From Escherichia phage BP32: a stretch of DNA of 64,000 nt. Every line of letters begins with the position of its first letter. Position 1 is the first letter of the stretch. The stretch lies in sequence record OR906198.1. One strand, given 5' to 3'. The position numbers were made by a program, and so were the translations under genes. Of this stretch, positions 37,739-48,430 are shown in pieces. Below the pieces are notes generated by a model, which saw nothing but the letters and a program-made list of their open reading frames with translations, searched no databases and had not been told where the DNA came from.

Positions 37739-38920
37739 ATGTCTATTGCAGATTTAAAATCCCGTTTGATTAAAGCTTCCACTTCTAAAATGACTGCTGA
37801 ACTGACTACATCTAAATTCTTTAATGAAAAGGATGTAATCCGTACAAAAATTCCAATGCTCAATATCGCTATTTCCGGCGCGATTGATGGTGGTATGCAG
37901 TCTGGTTTAACCATTTTTGCAGGTCCTTCTAAACACTTTAAATCAAATATGTCTTTGACTATGGTTGCGGCGTATTTGAACAAATATCCTGATGCGGTTT
38001 GTCTATTTTATGATAGCGAATTTGGTATTACTCCAGCTTATTTGCGATCCATGGGAGTTGACCCGGAACGAGTAATTCATACACCAATCCAGTCAGTTGA
38101 ACAACTGAAAATTGATATGGTGAATCAGCTTGAAGCTATTGAGCGCGGTGAAAAAGTTATTGTATTCATCGACTCAATCGGTAATATGGCTTCTAAGAAA
38201 GAAACGGAAGATGCCTTGAATGAAAAATCTGTGGCAGATATGACTCGTGCTAAATCACTGAAGTCATTATTCCGTATTGTTACTCCTTATTTTAGTATTA
38301 AAAACATTCCATGTGTTGCGGTTAACCATACAATTGAAACAATTGAAATGTTTAGTAAAACCGTGATGACAGGTGGTACAGGCGTAATGTATTCGGCTGA
38401 TACTGTATTCATTATCGGTAAGCGTCAGATTAAAGATGGTTCTGATCTTCAGGGGTATCAATTTGTTCTAAATGTAGAAAAATCTCGTACCGTCAAAGAA
38501 AAAAGTAAATTCTTTATTGATGTTAAATTTGACGGTGGTATCGATCCTTATTCTGGATTGTTAGATATGGCTCTTGAATTAGGATTTGTAGTAAAACCTA
38601 AAAATGGTTGGTATGCTCGTGAATTTCTTGACGAAGAAACCGGCGAGATGATTCGCGAAGAAAAATCTTGGCGCGCAAAAGATACCAATTGCACTACATT
38701 CTGGGGTCCTTTATTTAAGCATCAACCATTCCGAGATGCTATTAAACGTGCTTATCAGTTAGGTGCTATTGATAGTAATGAAATTGTTGAAGCTGAAGTC
38801 GACGAATTGATTAACTCAAAGGTTGAAAAATTTAAATCTCCAGAAAGTAAAAGTAAATCAGCAGCTGATTTAGAAACTGACCTAGAACAGTTAAGTGGTA
38901 TGGAAGAATTTAATGAATAA
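37739..38920 (+). CDS. uvsX: RecA-like recombinase UvsX
   Basis: 393 aa; Walker A GPSKHFKS; sequence recognised. Confidence 0.97.
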   Translation: MSIADLKSRLIKASTSKMTAELTTSKFFNEKDVIRTKIPMLNIAISGAIDGGMQSGLTIFAGPSKHFKSNMSLTMVAAYLNKYPDAVCLFYDSEFGITPAYLRSMGVDPERVIHTPIQSVEQLKIDMVNQLEAIERGEKVIVFIDSIGNMASKKETEDALNEKSVADMTRAKSLKSLFRIVTPYFSIKNIPCVAVNHTIETIEMFSKTVMTGGTGVMYSADTVFIIGKRQIKDGSDLQGYQFVLNVEKSRTVKEKSKFFIDVKFDGGIDPYSGLLDMALELGFVVKPKNGWYAREFLDEETGEMIREEKSWRAKDTNCTTFWGPLFKHQPFRDAIKRAYQLGAIDSNEIVEAEVDELINSKVEKFKSPESKSKSAADLETDLEQLSGMEEFNE

Positions 38921-39251
38921 AGATGATTTAGATTTAGAAATTATCGATGAATCCCCCTCTTCGGAGGGGGAAGAAGAAAGAAAAGAACGTCTTTTTAATG
39001 AATCTCTTAAGATAATTAAATCTGCCATGGAAAATGTTATCCAGGAGATTGTCATTAAACTAGAAGATGGTTCTACACACATTGTGTATGTGACAAAATT
39101 AGATTGGGTTGATGGAAAAGTCGTAATGGACTTTGCTGTTCTTGACCAAGAAAGAAAAGCTGAGTTAGCTCCTCATGTAGAAAAATGTATTACAATGCAA
39201 CTACAAGATGCATTTAATAAAAGGTCAAAGAAAAAATTTAAATTCTTTTAA
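38913..39251 (+). CDS. 40: gp40 head assembly protein
   Basis: ATG overlaps uvsX stop; position between uvsX and 41. Confidence 0.7.
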   Translation: MNKDDLDLEIIDESPSSEGEEERKERLFNESLKIIKSAMENVIQEIVIKLEDGSTHIVYVTKLDWVDGKVVMDFAVLDQERKAELAPHVEKCITMQLQDAFNKRSKKKFKFF

Positions 39252-39260
39252 GGAGTAAGT

Positions 39261-40688
39261 GTGGTAGAAATTATTCTTTCTCATCTCATATTTGATCAAG
39301 CTTATTTTTCAAAAGTTTGGCCATATATGGATTCAGAATATTTTGAAAGTGGTCCAGCTAAAAATACATTCAAATTAATTAAATCTCATGTTAATGAGTA
39401 CCATAGCGTTCCATCTATTAATGCGTTAAATGTTGCATTAGAAAATAGTTCATTTACTGAAACAGAATATTCTGGTGTAAAAACACTTATTTCAAAACTA
39501 ACCGATTCTCCGGAAGACCACAGCTGGTTAGTAAAAGAAACAGAAAAATATGTTCAGCAAAGGGCGATGTTTAATGCTACGTCTAAAATAATTGAAATTC
39601 AAACTAATGCTGAGCTTCCTCCGGAAAAACGAAATAAGAAAATGCCAGATGTAGGTGCTATTCCTGACATCATGCGCCAAGCATTATCAATTTCATTTGA
39701 TAGCTACGTTGGTCATGATTGGATGGATGACTACGAAGCACGTTGGCTATCTTATATGAATAAAGCTCGTAAGGTTCCATTTAAACTCAAAATTCTAAAT
39801 AAAATTACTAAAGGCGGAGCTGAAACTGGAACACTGAACGTTTTAATGGCTGGTGTTAACGTCGGTAAGTCATTAGGTCTGTGTTCATTAGCAGCAGATT
39901 ATTTGCAGCTCGGACATAATGTTCTTTACATTTCCATGGAAATGGCAGAAGAAGTTTGTGCTAAGCGTATTGATGCTAATATGCTTGATGTTTCTCTTGA
40001 TGACATTGATGATGGGCATATTTCTTACGCTGAATATAAAGGAAAAATGGAAAAATGGCGTGAGAAATCTACTCTTGGACGTTTAATCGTTAAACAGTAT
40101 CCTACTGGTGGAGCAGACGCTAATACATTTCGGTCGCTTTTAAATGAATTAAAGCTCAAGAAGAATTTTGTTCCAACAATCATTATTGTTGACTATCTAG
40201 GTATTTGTAAATCTTGCCGCATCAGAGTTTATTCAGAAAATAGTTACACAACTGTTAAAGCTATCGCAGAAGAATTACGTGCTCTGGCTGTTGAAACCGA
40301 AACTGTTCTTTGGACTGCAGCACAGGTTGGTAAACAAGCTTGGGATTCTTCTGATGTTAACATGAGCGATATTGCAGAATCTGCCGGTCTTCCAGCAACA
40401 GCCGATTTTATGCTTGCGGTCATTGAAACCGAGGAGTTAGCAGCTGCTGAACAACAACTCATTAAGCAAATCAAATCACGATATGGTGATAAGAATAAAT
40501 GGAATAAGTTTTTGATGGGTGTTCAAAAAGGAAATCAGAAATGGGTAGAAATTGAACAAGATTCTACTCCAACTGAAGTGAACGAAGTGGCAGGTTCACA
40601 GCAGATTCAAGCTGAGCAGAATCGCTATCAAAGAAACGAATCCGCTCGAGCTCAGTTAGATGCTTTGGCAAATGAATTAAAATTTTAG
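39261..40688 (+). CDS. 41: replicative DNA helicase (DnaB-like)
   Basis: 475 aa; Walker A GVNVGKS; GTG start; sequence recognised. Confidence 0.97.
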   Translation: MVEIILSHLIFDQAYFSKVWPYMDSEYFESGPAKNTFKLIKSHVNEYHSVPSINALNVALENSSFTETEYSGVKTLISKLTDSPEDHSWLVKETEKYVQQRAMFNATSKIIEIQTNAELPPEKRNKKMPDVGAIPDIMRQALSISFDSYVGHDWMDDYEARWLSYMNKARKVPFKLKILNKITKGGAETGTLNVLMAGVNVGKSLGLCSLAADYLQLGHNVLYISMEMAEEVCAKRIDANMLDVSLDDIDDGHISYAEYKGKMEKWREKSTLGRLIVKQYPTGGADANTFRSLLNELKLKKNFVPTIIIVDYLGICKSCRIRVYSENSYTTVKAIAEELRALAVETETVLWTAAQVGKQAWDSSDVNMSDIAESAGLPATADFMLAVIETEELAAAEQQLIKQIKSRYGDKNKWNKFLMGVQKGNQKWVEIEQDSTPTEVNEVAGSQQIQAEQNRYQRNESARAQLDALANELKF

Positions 40689-40717
40689 TTTACAAGCTGA
40701 CAAGACTATGGTATAGT
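40688..40717 (+). promoter_or_regulatory. T4-type early promoter with inverted repeat around the -10
   Basis: gtttacaagctgacaagactatggtatagtagtcttg; caagact/agtcttg inverted repeat. Confidence 0.65.
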
Positions 40718-40747
40718 AGTCTTGTTGGTTAAATTGGGGAAATTATT

Positions 40748-40939
40748 ATGGAATTAGCAAAGATTGTTTTTATTGGCTGGTTTGAAAATGGTAATATGTT
40801 TACCAAAGAAATCACTATGGATGTGTCTGATAAAGATCAAATTCTATGGGTCACTTCACAACTTGCTGAAGTTAATAAAGCTTTAGTTAAAGCATTTGTT
40901 AATGATAAAAAAGTTTTTGAATCTGATTGGCGAGGGTAA
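40748..40939 (+). CDS. small early protein, Dmd-like by position and size (candidate antitoxin against RnlA/LsoA-type toxins)
   Basis: 63 aa, first ORF downstream of gene 41 with its own early promoter; identity not verified. Confidence 0.4.
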   Translation: MELAKIVFIGWFENGNMFTKEITMDVSDKDQILWVTSQLAEVNKALVKAFVNDKKVFESDWRG

Positions 40940-40940
40940 T

Positions 40941-41183
40941 ATGCATACGGTTTTATTTAAACCTACTCCGTATAATGTTAGGAAAAATACTCAATTCAAA
41001 GCACTTGTTGCAGATACGTGGGAATTGGTGTTAGATATTCCAGCAGAAGAAAGTCCTCCATTTGGTCGAGTGGAATTTATTAAGTTTGCTGTGCGCCCTA
41101 CGAAGCGACAGATTCGTCAATGCAAAAGATACTTTCGTAAAATCGTCAAGTTAGAGAAACAGTTATTGATGCTAGTAAAATAG
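40941..41183 (+). CDS. hypothetical basic protein (80 aa)
   Basis: GAGGGTAA RBS. Confidence 0.5.
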   Translation: MHTVLFKPTPYNVRKNTQFKALVADTWELVLDIPAEESPPFGRVEFIKFAVRPTKRQIRQCKRYFRKIVKLEKQLLMLVK

Positions 41184-41185
41184 TA

Positions 41186-41215
41186 GTTTACAAGCTGATA
41201 GAGTTGTGTTATAGT
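41186..41215 (+). promoter_or_regulatory. T4-type early promoter with 10 bp inverted repeat
   Basis: gtttac...tatagt; agctgataga ... tctatcagct. Confidence 0.65.
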
Positions 41216-41246
41216 AATTCTATCAGCTAATCGCGGAGAAAAGAAA

Positions 41247-41501
41247 ATGATGCTAGTTAATAGAGAATATCAGTTTAAATCAGAAGAAGATTTGGAAAAA
41301 TTCGCAAGTGGTTGTGAACTGAATAGACGCACAGCTAAAGTCATAGGATTAAAACCCTTTACAGTTCTAGATTGTGAAGTTTCTAAATTCCGCAGAGGGT
41401 GTTCTATTAGCGGTCATGCTCTGGTTGATGGGAACACATTTTTCTTTGTTTTTAGCGTCAGAGAACTTTTATTGATTAACGAACTTGAGGAAATAAAATA
41501 G
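41247..41501 (+). CDS. hypothetical protein (84 aa)
   Basis: GGAGAAAA RBS. Confidence 0.55.
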   Translation: MMLVNREYQFKSEEDLEKFASGCELNRRTAKVIGLKPFTVLDCEVSKFRRGCSISGHALVDGNTFFFVFSVRELLLINELEEIK

Positions 41502-41558
41502 TTTACTTTTGTTGGAAATTGAGATACTATATAAACATAAACTACTGAGGAGATTATC

Positions 41559-41852
41559 ATGAAAAAATTTGTTTTTGCTGCAATTTTTGCTTTGGCTTCT
41601 TGTACTGCTCAGCCTGCTATGGCGGGTTATGATAAAGATTTGTGCGAATGGTCTATGACTGCAGATCAGACTGAGGTTGAAACTCAGATTGAAGCAGATA
41701 TTATGAATATCGTTGAGCGTGATCGCCCTGAAATGAAAGCTGAAGTACAAAAACAGCTTAAGTCTGGTGGTGTAATGCAGTATAATTACGTTTTGTATTG
41801 CGATAAAAACTTCAATAATAAAAATATCATCGCTGAAGTGGTAGGTGAATAA
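41559..41852 (+). CDS. sp: periplasmic protein Spackle (inhibits tail lysozyme; superinfection exclusion)
   Basis: 97 aa with signal peptide; sequence and size match my recollection of T4 Sp. Confidence 0.75.
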   Translation: MKKFVFAAIFALASCTAQPAMAGYDKDLCEWSMTADQTEVETQIEADIMNIVERDRPEMKAEVQKQLKSGGVMQYNYVLYCDKNFNNKNIIAEVVGE

Positions 41853-41864
41853 TTAGAGGTTAAT

Positions 41865-42029
41865 ATGAAAACATATAAAGAATTTATCAAAGAAGATATG
41901 GTCGCTGGAGATTCAGGTGGTAATCCTGAAAATATCTCTACTGGAACAACATCAGGTGCTGTAGTAAATAAAGGCCCTGAACAGATTCCTAAAAAGAAAA
42001 AAGAGGAATCTAAAGAAAAAGAAGAGTAA
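41865..42029 (+). CDS. hypothetical small protein (54 aa)
   Basis: AGAGG RBS; Lys/Glu-rich tail. Confidence 0.4.
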   Translation: MKTYKEFIKEDMVAGDSGGNPENISTGTTSGAVVNKGPEQIPKKKKEESKEKEE

Positions 42030-42031
42030 AA

Positions 42032-43060
42032 ATGTCATCAATACCTTGGATTGATAATGAGTTTGCATATCGTGCATTAGCTCATTTACCTAAATTCACA
42101 CAAGTAAATAATAGTTCAACTTTTAAATTACGGTTTAGATGCCCTGTTTGTGGAGATTCAAAAACCGACCAAAATAAAGCCCGTGGATGGTATTACGGTG
42201 ATAATAATGAAGGAAATATTCATTGTTATAACTGCAACTATCATGCACCAATCGGAATATATTTAAAGGAGTTTGAACCCGATTTATATCGTGAGTATAT
42301 CTTTGAAATAAGAAAAGAAAAAGGTAAAAGTCGTCCAGTAGAAAAACCTAAAGAACTTCCTAAACAACCTGAGAAGAAAATAATTAAATCTCTTCCGTCA
42401 TGCATTAGATTAGATAAACTGGCGGAAGACCATCCAATTATAAAATACGTAAAAGCTCGCTGTATTCCAAAGGATAAATGGAAATATCTTTGGTTTACAA
42501 CCGAATGGCCTAAATTAGTTAATAGCATAGCACCAGGAACATACAAAAAGGAAATACCTGAGTCTCGTCTTGTTATTCCAATTTATAATGCTAATGGAAA
42601 AGCCGAGTCTTTTCAAGGACGTGCATTAAAGAAAGATGCTCCTCAAAAATATATCACCATCAAAGCTTATCCTGAGGCAACAAAAATCTATGGAGTTGAA
42701 CGAGTTAAAGATGGTGATGTATATGTTCTAGAAGGACCTATAGATTCACTTTTTATTGAAAATGGTATAGCTATTACAGGTGGTCAATTAGACCTAGAAA
42801 TTGTTCCATTTAAAGATAGACGTGTATGGGTTTTAGATAATGAACCTCGTCACCCTGATACTATTAAACGAATGACTAAATTAGTTGATGCAGGAGAAAG
42901 GGTTATGTTTTGGGATAAATCTCCCTGGAAATCAAAAGATGTTAATGATATGATTAGAAAGGAAGGTGCAACCCCTGAACAAATTATGGAATATATGAAA
43001 AATAATATTGCCCAAGGGTTGATGGCTAAAATGCGGCTATCTAAATATGCTAAGATTTAA
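42032..43060 (+). CDS. 61: DNA primase
   Basis: 342 aa; zinc-binding motif CPVCGDSK; Toprim-like region. Confidence 0.93.
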   Translation: MSSIPWIDNEFAYRALAHLPKFTQVNNSSTFKLRFRCPVCGDSKTDQNKARGWYYGDNNEGNIHCYNCNYHAPIGIYLKEFEPDLYREYIFEIRKEKGKSRPVEKPKELPKQPEKKIIKSLPSCIRLDKLAEDHPIIKYVKARCIPKDKWKYLWFTTEWPKLVNSIAPGTYKKEIPESRLVIPIYNANGKAESFQGRALKKDAPQKYITIKAYPEATKIYGVERVKDGDVYVLEGPIDSLFIENGIAITGGQLDLEIVPFKDRRVWVLDNEPRHPDTIKRMTKLVDAGERVMFWDKSPWKSKDVNDMIRKEGATPEQIMEYMKNNIAQGLMAKMRLSKYAKI

Positions 43061-43257
43061 ATTAACCCAACTAAAGCAAATGCTAAATCTACGAATGTAT
43101 CAAGAGTAATTACTGGAATACTAACGCCATGAGCAATAGCAACTGGCGATAAAACAAAATTCCAAAGTAAAATTCCTATCATAGCAGAAATAGTAAAAGC
43201 TATACGTTTTTTATTACCTTTGATGGCATTAACAAGTGCCATTAATTTTTGTACCAT
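43057..43257 (-). CDS. small membrane protein on the opposite strand (66 aa, 2 TM)
   Basis: only minus-strand ORF lying in an intergenic gap; AAGGAGG RBS 8 nt upstream; ATAAATA late-promoter-like element upstream. Confidence 0.5.
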   Translation of the reverse strand: MVQKLMALVNAIKGNKKRIAFTISAMIGILLWNFVLSPVAIAHGVSIPVITLDTFVDLAFALVGLI

Positions 43258-43306
43258 GCGTCGTCCTCCTTTAAATTAAATATTTATCGCAAATTTTACA
43301 AAATTT

Positions 43307-43336
43307 GTTTACTTTCTCAGCTTGTTGTGGTATTAT
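43307..43336 (+). promoter_or_regulatory. T4-type early promoter
   Basis: gtttactttctcagcttgttgtggtattat. Confidence 0.65.
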
Positions 43337-43361
43337 AAAATAAACTGCTGAGGATAATATA

Positions 43362-44701
<1,340 letters not shown>

Positions 44702-44702
44702 C

Positions 44703-44725
44703 TGCTTATATTCAAATGATATAAT
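44703..44725 (+). promoter_or_regulatory. candidate middle promoter (MotA box TGCTT plus -10 TATAAT)
   Basis: ctgcttata then 12 bp then tataat upstream of gene 56. Confidence 0.4.
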
Positions 44726-44759
44726 TATTTAACTTATTAATGAATTGAAAGGAAAAATA

Positions 44760-45278
44760 ATGGCTTACTTTAATGAATGTTCACAACTGATTGAAGGCGC
44801 TGATAAAGCTCAAAACGAATACTGGGATATTCTCGGTGATGAAAAAGACCCGCTGCAGGTTATGCTTGATATGCAGAAATCTTTACAGGTTCGTTTAGCT
44901 AAAGATAAACCTGAATATAACCGTCATCCTGATGATTTGGCTACTGCTGGTGAAGTTGTTGATTGGCTACGTAATCAGAAAGATTATATTGACGATGAAT
45001 TCCGTGAACTTCTGACATCTCTTGGCGGTATGAGCAATGGCGAAAAAGATGCATCTGCTGTATGGAAGCCTTGGAAAGCTCAACACGGTGAACGCCGCGA
45101 AACTCTAATTACTGATTTGTCTCCACAAGACCAGTTGGAAATTAAATTCGAAATGATTGATATTCTTCATTTCGTTCTGAACATGTTCCAAGGTCTTGGT
45201 CTTACGGCTGAAGAAATCTTTAAACTTTATTATCTGAAAAATGCTGAAAACTTCGCTCGTCAAGACCGAGGTTATTAA
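44760..45278 (+). CDS. 56: dCTP pyrophosphatase (dCTPase/dUTPase)
   Basis: sequence recognised; AAGGAAA RBS before ATG 44760. Confidence 0.93.
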   Translation: MAYFNECSQLIEGADKAQNEYWDILGDEKDPLQVMLDMQKSLQVRLAKDKPEYNRHPDDLATAGEVVDWLRNQKDYIDDEFRELLTSLGGMSNGEKDASAVWKPWKAQHGERRETLITDLSPQDQLEIKFEMIDILHFVLNMFQGLGLTAEEIFKLYYLKNAENFARQDRGY

Positions 45279-45322
45279 TAGCTCGTTTATTTAAACGACG
45301 ACTTAAAAGCCGTGAGAATTAT

Positions 45323-45330
45323 TATAAATA
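45323..45330 (+). promoter_or_regulatory. late promoter TATAAATA
   Basis: exact consensus about 30 nt upstream of soc. Confidence 0.6.
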
Positions 45331-45360
45331 ATCATGTAATTTAAATAAAAGGAGAATTAC

Positions 45361-45606
45361 ATGGCTAGTACTCGCGGTTATGTTAATATCAAAACATTTG
45401 AGCAGAAATTAGATGGAAATAAGAAAATTGAAGGAAAGGAAATTTCAGTAGCTTTCCCTCTTTATTCTGACGTTCACAAAATTTCTGGCGCTCATTACCA
45501 GACATTCCCTTCAGAAAAAGCAGCATATACTACTGTATATGAAGAAAATCAGCGTACTGAATGGATTGCTGCAAACGAAGATTTGTGGAAAGTAACTGGC
45601 GGTTAA
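45361..45606 (+). CDS. soc: small outer capsid protein
   Basis: 81 aa; sequence recognised. Confidence 0.93.
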   Translation: MASTRGYVNIKTFEQKLDGNKKIEGKEISVAFPLYSDVHKISGAHYQTFPSEKAAYTTVYEENQRTEWIAANEDLWKVTGG

Positions 45607-45614
45607 TAATTCAA

Positions 45615-45638
45615 GGACTTCTTCGGGAGTCCTTTTTT
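45615..45638 (+). terminator. rho-independent terminator
   Basis: ggacttc-ttcg-ggagtcc followed by T6. Confidence 0.8.
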
Positions 45639-45648
45639 CATTTAAACG

Positions 45649-45678
45649 GTTTACTTTCCAAAATGAGTATGGTATAAT
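45649..45678 (+). promoter_or_regulatory. T4-type early promoter
   Basis: gtttactttccaaaatgagtatggtataat. Confidence 0.7.
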
Positions 45679-45704
45679 AGAATTATCTTATAGAGGAGAG
45701 CGCT

Positions 45705-45911
45705 ATGTTAAATCGTTGGATTAAACCAAATGAAGATTTAGATATTATCATTTCACGACATGTAATGAAGAAATATGAACTACAGCCATGGTCTACAGAA
45801 GTTGTTGTGCATTCATTTATGATGTACGCAGATGGTTCTGTCGAATTTAACGCAGAGATTCGATATGATTATGGTGAGAAGCAAGTTGAATTCAAGAGAG
45901 GCTTTTTGTAA
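45705..45911 (+). CDS. hypothetical protein (68 aa)
   Basis: AGAGGAGAG RBS. Confidence 0.55.
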   Translation: MLNRWIKPNEDLDIIISRHVMKKYELQPWSTEVVVHSFMMYADGSVEFNAEIRYDYGEKQVEFKRGFL

Positions 45912-46252
45912 TGTTTATCTTTAATTGGTTTAAAAATTTCTTTACAGATTTTTTCTCTACAGCTCCTGGAGAAGGTGTAGTTCCTATTTCAAACGACTAC
46001 CTTCCTTTAACTGTAGTTGAATATGTTTATATGGGAGATGGAACAGTAGAAGCAGTTACTATGACTTATGAAGAAGCCCAAGAATATTATAAAAATCCTT
46101 GGCGCTGGTCAACACCTACTACATCATCTAATACACAGAATACACAGTCTAGTTCTGATTCATATGACACTAATGTTCCTGTTCATGTATGGACGGGCGA
46201 TTCGTGTGGAAGTTCTTGTGATTCTAGTTGTTCATCTACATCTTGTGATTGA
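45911..46252 (+). CDS. hypothetical protein with Cys/Ser/Asp-rich C-terminal tail
   Basis: 113 aa ending [18 protein letters not shown]. Confidence 0.5.
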   Translation: MFIFNWFKNFFTDFFSTAPGEGVVPISNDYLPLTVVEYVYMGDGTVEAVTMTYEEAQEYYKNPWRWSTPTTSSNTQNTQSSSDSYDTNVPVHVWTGDSCGSSCDSSCSSTSCD

Positions 46253-46260
46253 GGAAAATT

Positions 46261-46746
46261 ATGGAAGCGATTTTGTTTGAAATGTATATTAGCAGTAATA
46301 GCATGTCGTTTGCTAAAGATGTTCCAATTACCGTAGCAGTAATGATTGATAAAAGATATGATAATAGCATGTATCTAGTAGAAGATTTTATTTCAATGCC
46401 AGTTCCAGAAGATGTTGAAATAAAACTTAAAAAGATCGGAATTATTGAAACTGTACGAAATTCTCCATTTATGTCAATTCAAGCATTTACTAAATCTAAC
46501 TATATTGATGTTGCTGAAGCATATTATAACAATAAACCGCTGCCATTATATTCATATGATTCAATATATGACTGGAAAATAGATAAGGGAAATAAATTTA
46601 TAATTACGGAAGAAAATGCGCTATCATATTTTATTACTTCTTTATGGAATAATTTAAATCCAAATTTGCTAAAAATTCATAAATTTGATGATGCTCCTAC
46701 TGTTGTTTTAGGTAAAATAAATGAAAGTTCTGAAGAAAATGTTTGA
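46261..46746 (+). CDS. hypothetical protein (161 aa)
   Basis: GAGGAAAA RBS. Confidence 0.55.
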   Translation: MEAILFEMYISSNSMSFAKDVPITVAVMIDKRYDNSMYLVEDFISMPVPEDVEIKLKKIGIIETVRNSPFMSIQAFTKSNYIDVAEAYYNNKPLPLYSYDSIYDWKIDKGNKFIITEENALSYFITSLWNNLNPNLLKIHKFDDAPTVVLGKINESSEENV

Positions 46747-46924
46747 ATGGTTCAGTAGACCAAACTCAATGTACATTGATGATGGTTGGGTTGAACAAGC
46801 AAATAAAGAAATGCAGAACGAATCGGAAGAATGGATGAAATCAATGATTAGTGCTGAGAAAGAAAAGAAATTAGAACGCTCAGCTCTTAAATTGATGAGA
46901 GACATCTATGGGGATAAATCATGA
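46721..46924 (+). CDS. hypothetical protein (67 aa)
   Basis: ORF track. Confidence 0.4.
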   Translation: MKVLKKMFEWFSRPNSMYIDDGWVEQANKEMQNESEEWMKSMISAEKEKKLERSALKLMRDIYGDKS

Positions 46925-47085
46925 ACAGAGATATGACGTTAGAAGAGGCCAAGGCTAAAGCAAATGAAGCATTGGATTTGCTTCTTAAAATTGGCAGTAA
47001 AATGATGGAAGAAAATGAGAAATATATCCAGGAAAACAAAATTCTTGACGGTCCATTAGTAGGCAAAAGGAAATCACATGATTGA
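46921..47085 (+). CDS. hypothetical small protein (54 aa)
   Basis: ATGA overlap; GGGGA RBS. Confidence 0.4.
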   Translation: MNRDMTLEEAKAKANEALDLLLKIGSKMMEENEKYIQENKILDGPLVGKRKSHD

Positions 47086-47548
47086 AGTAGCAAAACATTA
47101 TTCAATAGAATTTATGTCTAAAGAAGGTAAATCAGTAAATACGCTTGACAAAAAGTGCTCATTAATTATTCCTTTGGCAGAAAATCCGGATATTTTAATT
47201 AAAGATATAAAAGAAAGAAAATATCCAGAAAATGTTATCCTAATTATAAAGCATACTGAAGATATTTTGCAGAATACTGATTCACCATTTTCTTCTTCTG
47301 AGGCTTTAACTATCAAAGGCTATAAAAGAGCTCATGAATATGGTCTTTTTAGCCTGTTTGAAGATGATAAGGTTAAATTAGCGAGTCAACCTTTTAAAAG
47401 TAAAACATTCATTATTGAAGATATTAAAGATATAAATGCATTTGTTAAGATGGTCTGGGCTCATTTTGATGTTGGACTACGCTGGAGAATGTCCGAAGAA
47501 GAAAGAAAGACTATTGAAACTAATCGTTATTTTGGTTTTTATCGCTAG
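47078..47548 (+). CDS. hypothetical protein (156 aa)
   Basis: AAGGAAA RBS. Confidence 0.55.
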   Translation: MIEVAKHYSIEFMSKEGKSVNTLDKKCSLIIPLAENPDILIKDIKERKYPENVILIIKHTEDILQNTDSPFSSSEALTIKGYKRAHEYGLFSLFEDDKVKLASQPFKSKTFIIEDIKDINAFVKMVWAHFDVGLRWRMSEEERKTIETNRYFGFYR

Positions 47549-47556
47549 GAATTAAT

Positions 47557-47739
47557 ATGGATTTATTTGAGATGTTAGAAGATAATCATTCTACGAATAT
47601 CCAGAATGATTCTAGTGATTATAAGAAAGAATACCGTATAGTATTACAGAATTATGGAATTGAAGCCCCAGATGCTCTTCTAGAAGAACTAGCTTCATAC
47701 CATCTTGACCCTCCGCCCTGGGCTCCCTGGGCAAAATAA
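47557..47739 (+). CDS. hypothetical acidic protein (60 aa)
   Basis: AGGA RBS. Confidence 0.5.
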   Translation: MDLFEMLEDNHSTNIQNDSSDYKKEYRIVLQNYGIEAPDALLEELASYHLDPPPWAPWAK

Positions 47740-47750
47740 TTCAAAAAGTT

Positions 47751-47780
47751 GTTTACTTTCCTTTCTAACGATGATATGAT
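47751..47780 (+). promoter_or_regulatory. T4-type early promoter
   Basis: gtttactttcctttctaacgatgatatgat. Confidence 0.55.
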
Positions 47781-47806
47781 AGCTTCTGAAGTATATGGAG
47801 GCTATC

Positions 47807-48430
47807 ATGATTATTAATCTTGCAGATGTTGAACAGTTATCTATAAAAGCTGAAAGCGTTGATTTTCAATATGATATGTATAAAAAGGTCTGTGAAAAAT
47901 TTACTGACTTTGAACAGTCAGTTCTTTGGCAATGTATGGAAGCCAAAAAGAATGAAGCTCTTCACCGGCAATTGAATAAAATCGTTAAAAAGCATTTAAC
48001 TAAATCACCTTATCAGCTATATCGTGGTATATCAAAATCGACAAAAGAGCTCATTAAAGATTTACAAGTCGGAGAAGTGTTTTCAACGAACAGAGTAGAT
48101 TCATTTACTACTAGTTTGCACACAGCATGTGGTTTTTCTTATGTTGAGTATTTCACTGAAATAATATTTCGCTTAAAAACTGATAAAGCTTTTAATTATT
48201 CTGACCATATCAGCGATATTATACTTTCTTCTCCTAATACTGAGTTTAAGTATACATATGAAGATACTGATGGATTAGATTCAGAACGTACTGATAACTT
48301 AATGATGATTGTGCGTGAACAAGAATGGATGATTCCAATTGGAAAGTATAAAATAACTTCTATTTCAAAAGAAAAATTACACGATTCATTTGGAACATTT
48401 AAAGTGTATGATATTGAGGTAGTTGAATGA
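47807..48430 (+). CDS. modB: ADP-ribosyltransferase (R-S-ExE type)
   Basis: 207 aa from ATG 47807 (GGAGG RBS); motifs R (LYRG), STS-like (FTTSLH), ExE (REQEWMIP). Confidence 0.75.
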   Translation: MIINLADVEQLSIKAESVDFQYDMYKKVCEKFTDFEQSVLWQCMEAKKNEALHRQLNKIVKKHLTKSPYQLYRGISKSTKELIKDLQVGEVFSTNRVDSFTTSLHTACGFSYVEYFTEIIFRLKTDKAFNYSDHISDIILSSPNTEFKYTYEDTDGLDSERTDNLMMIVREQEWMIPIGKYKITSISKEKLHDSFGTFKVYDIEVVE

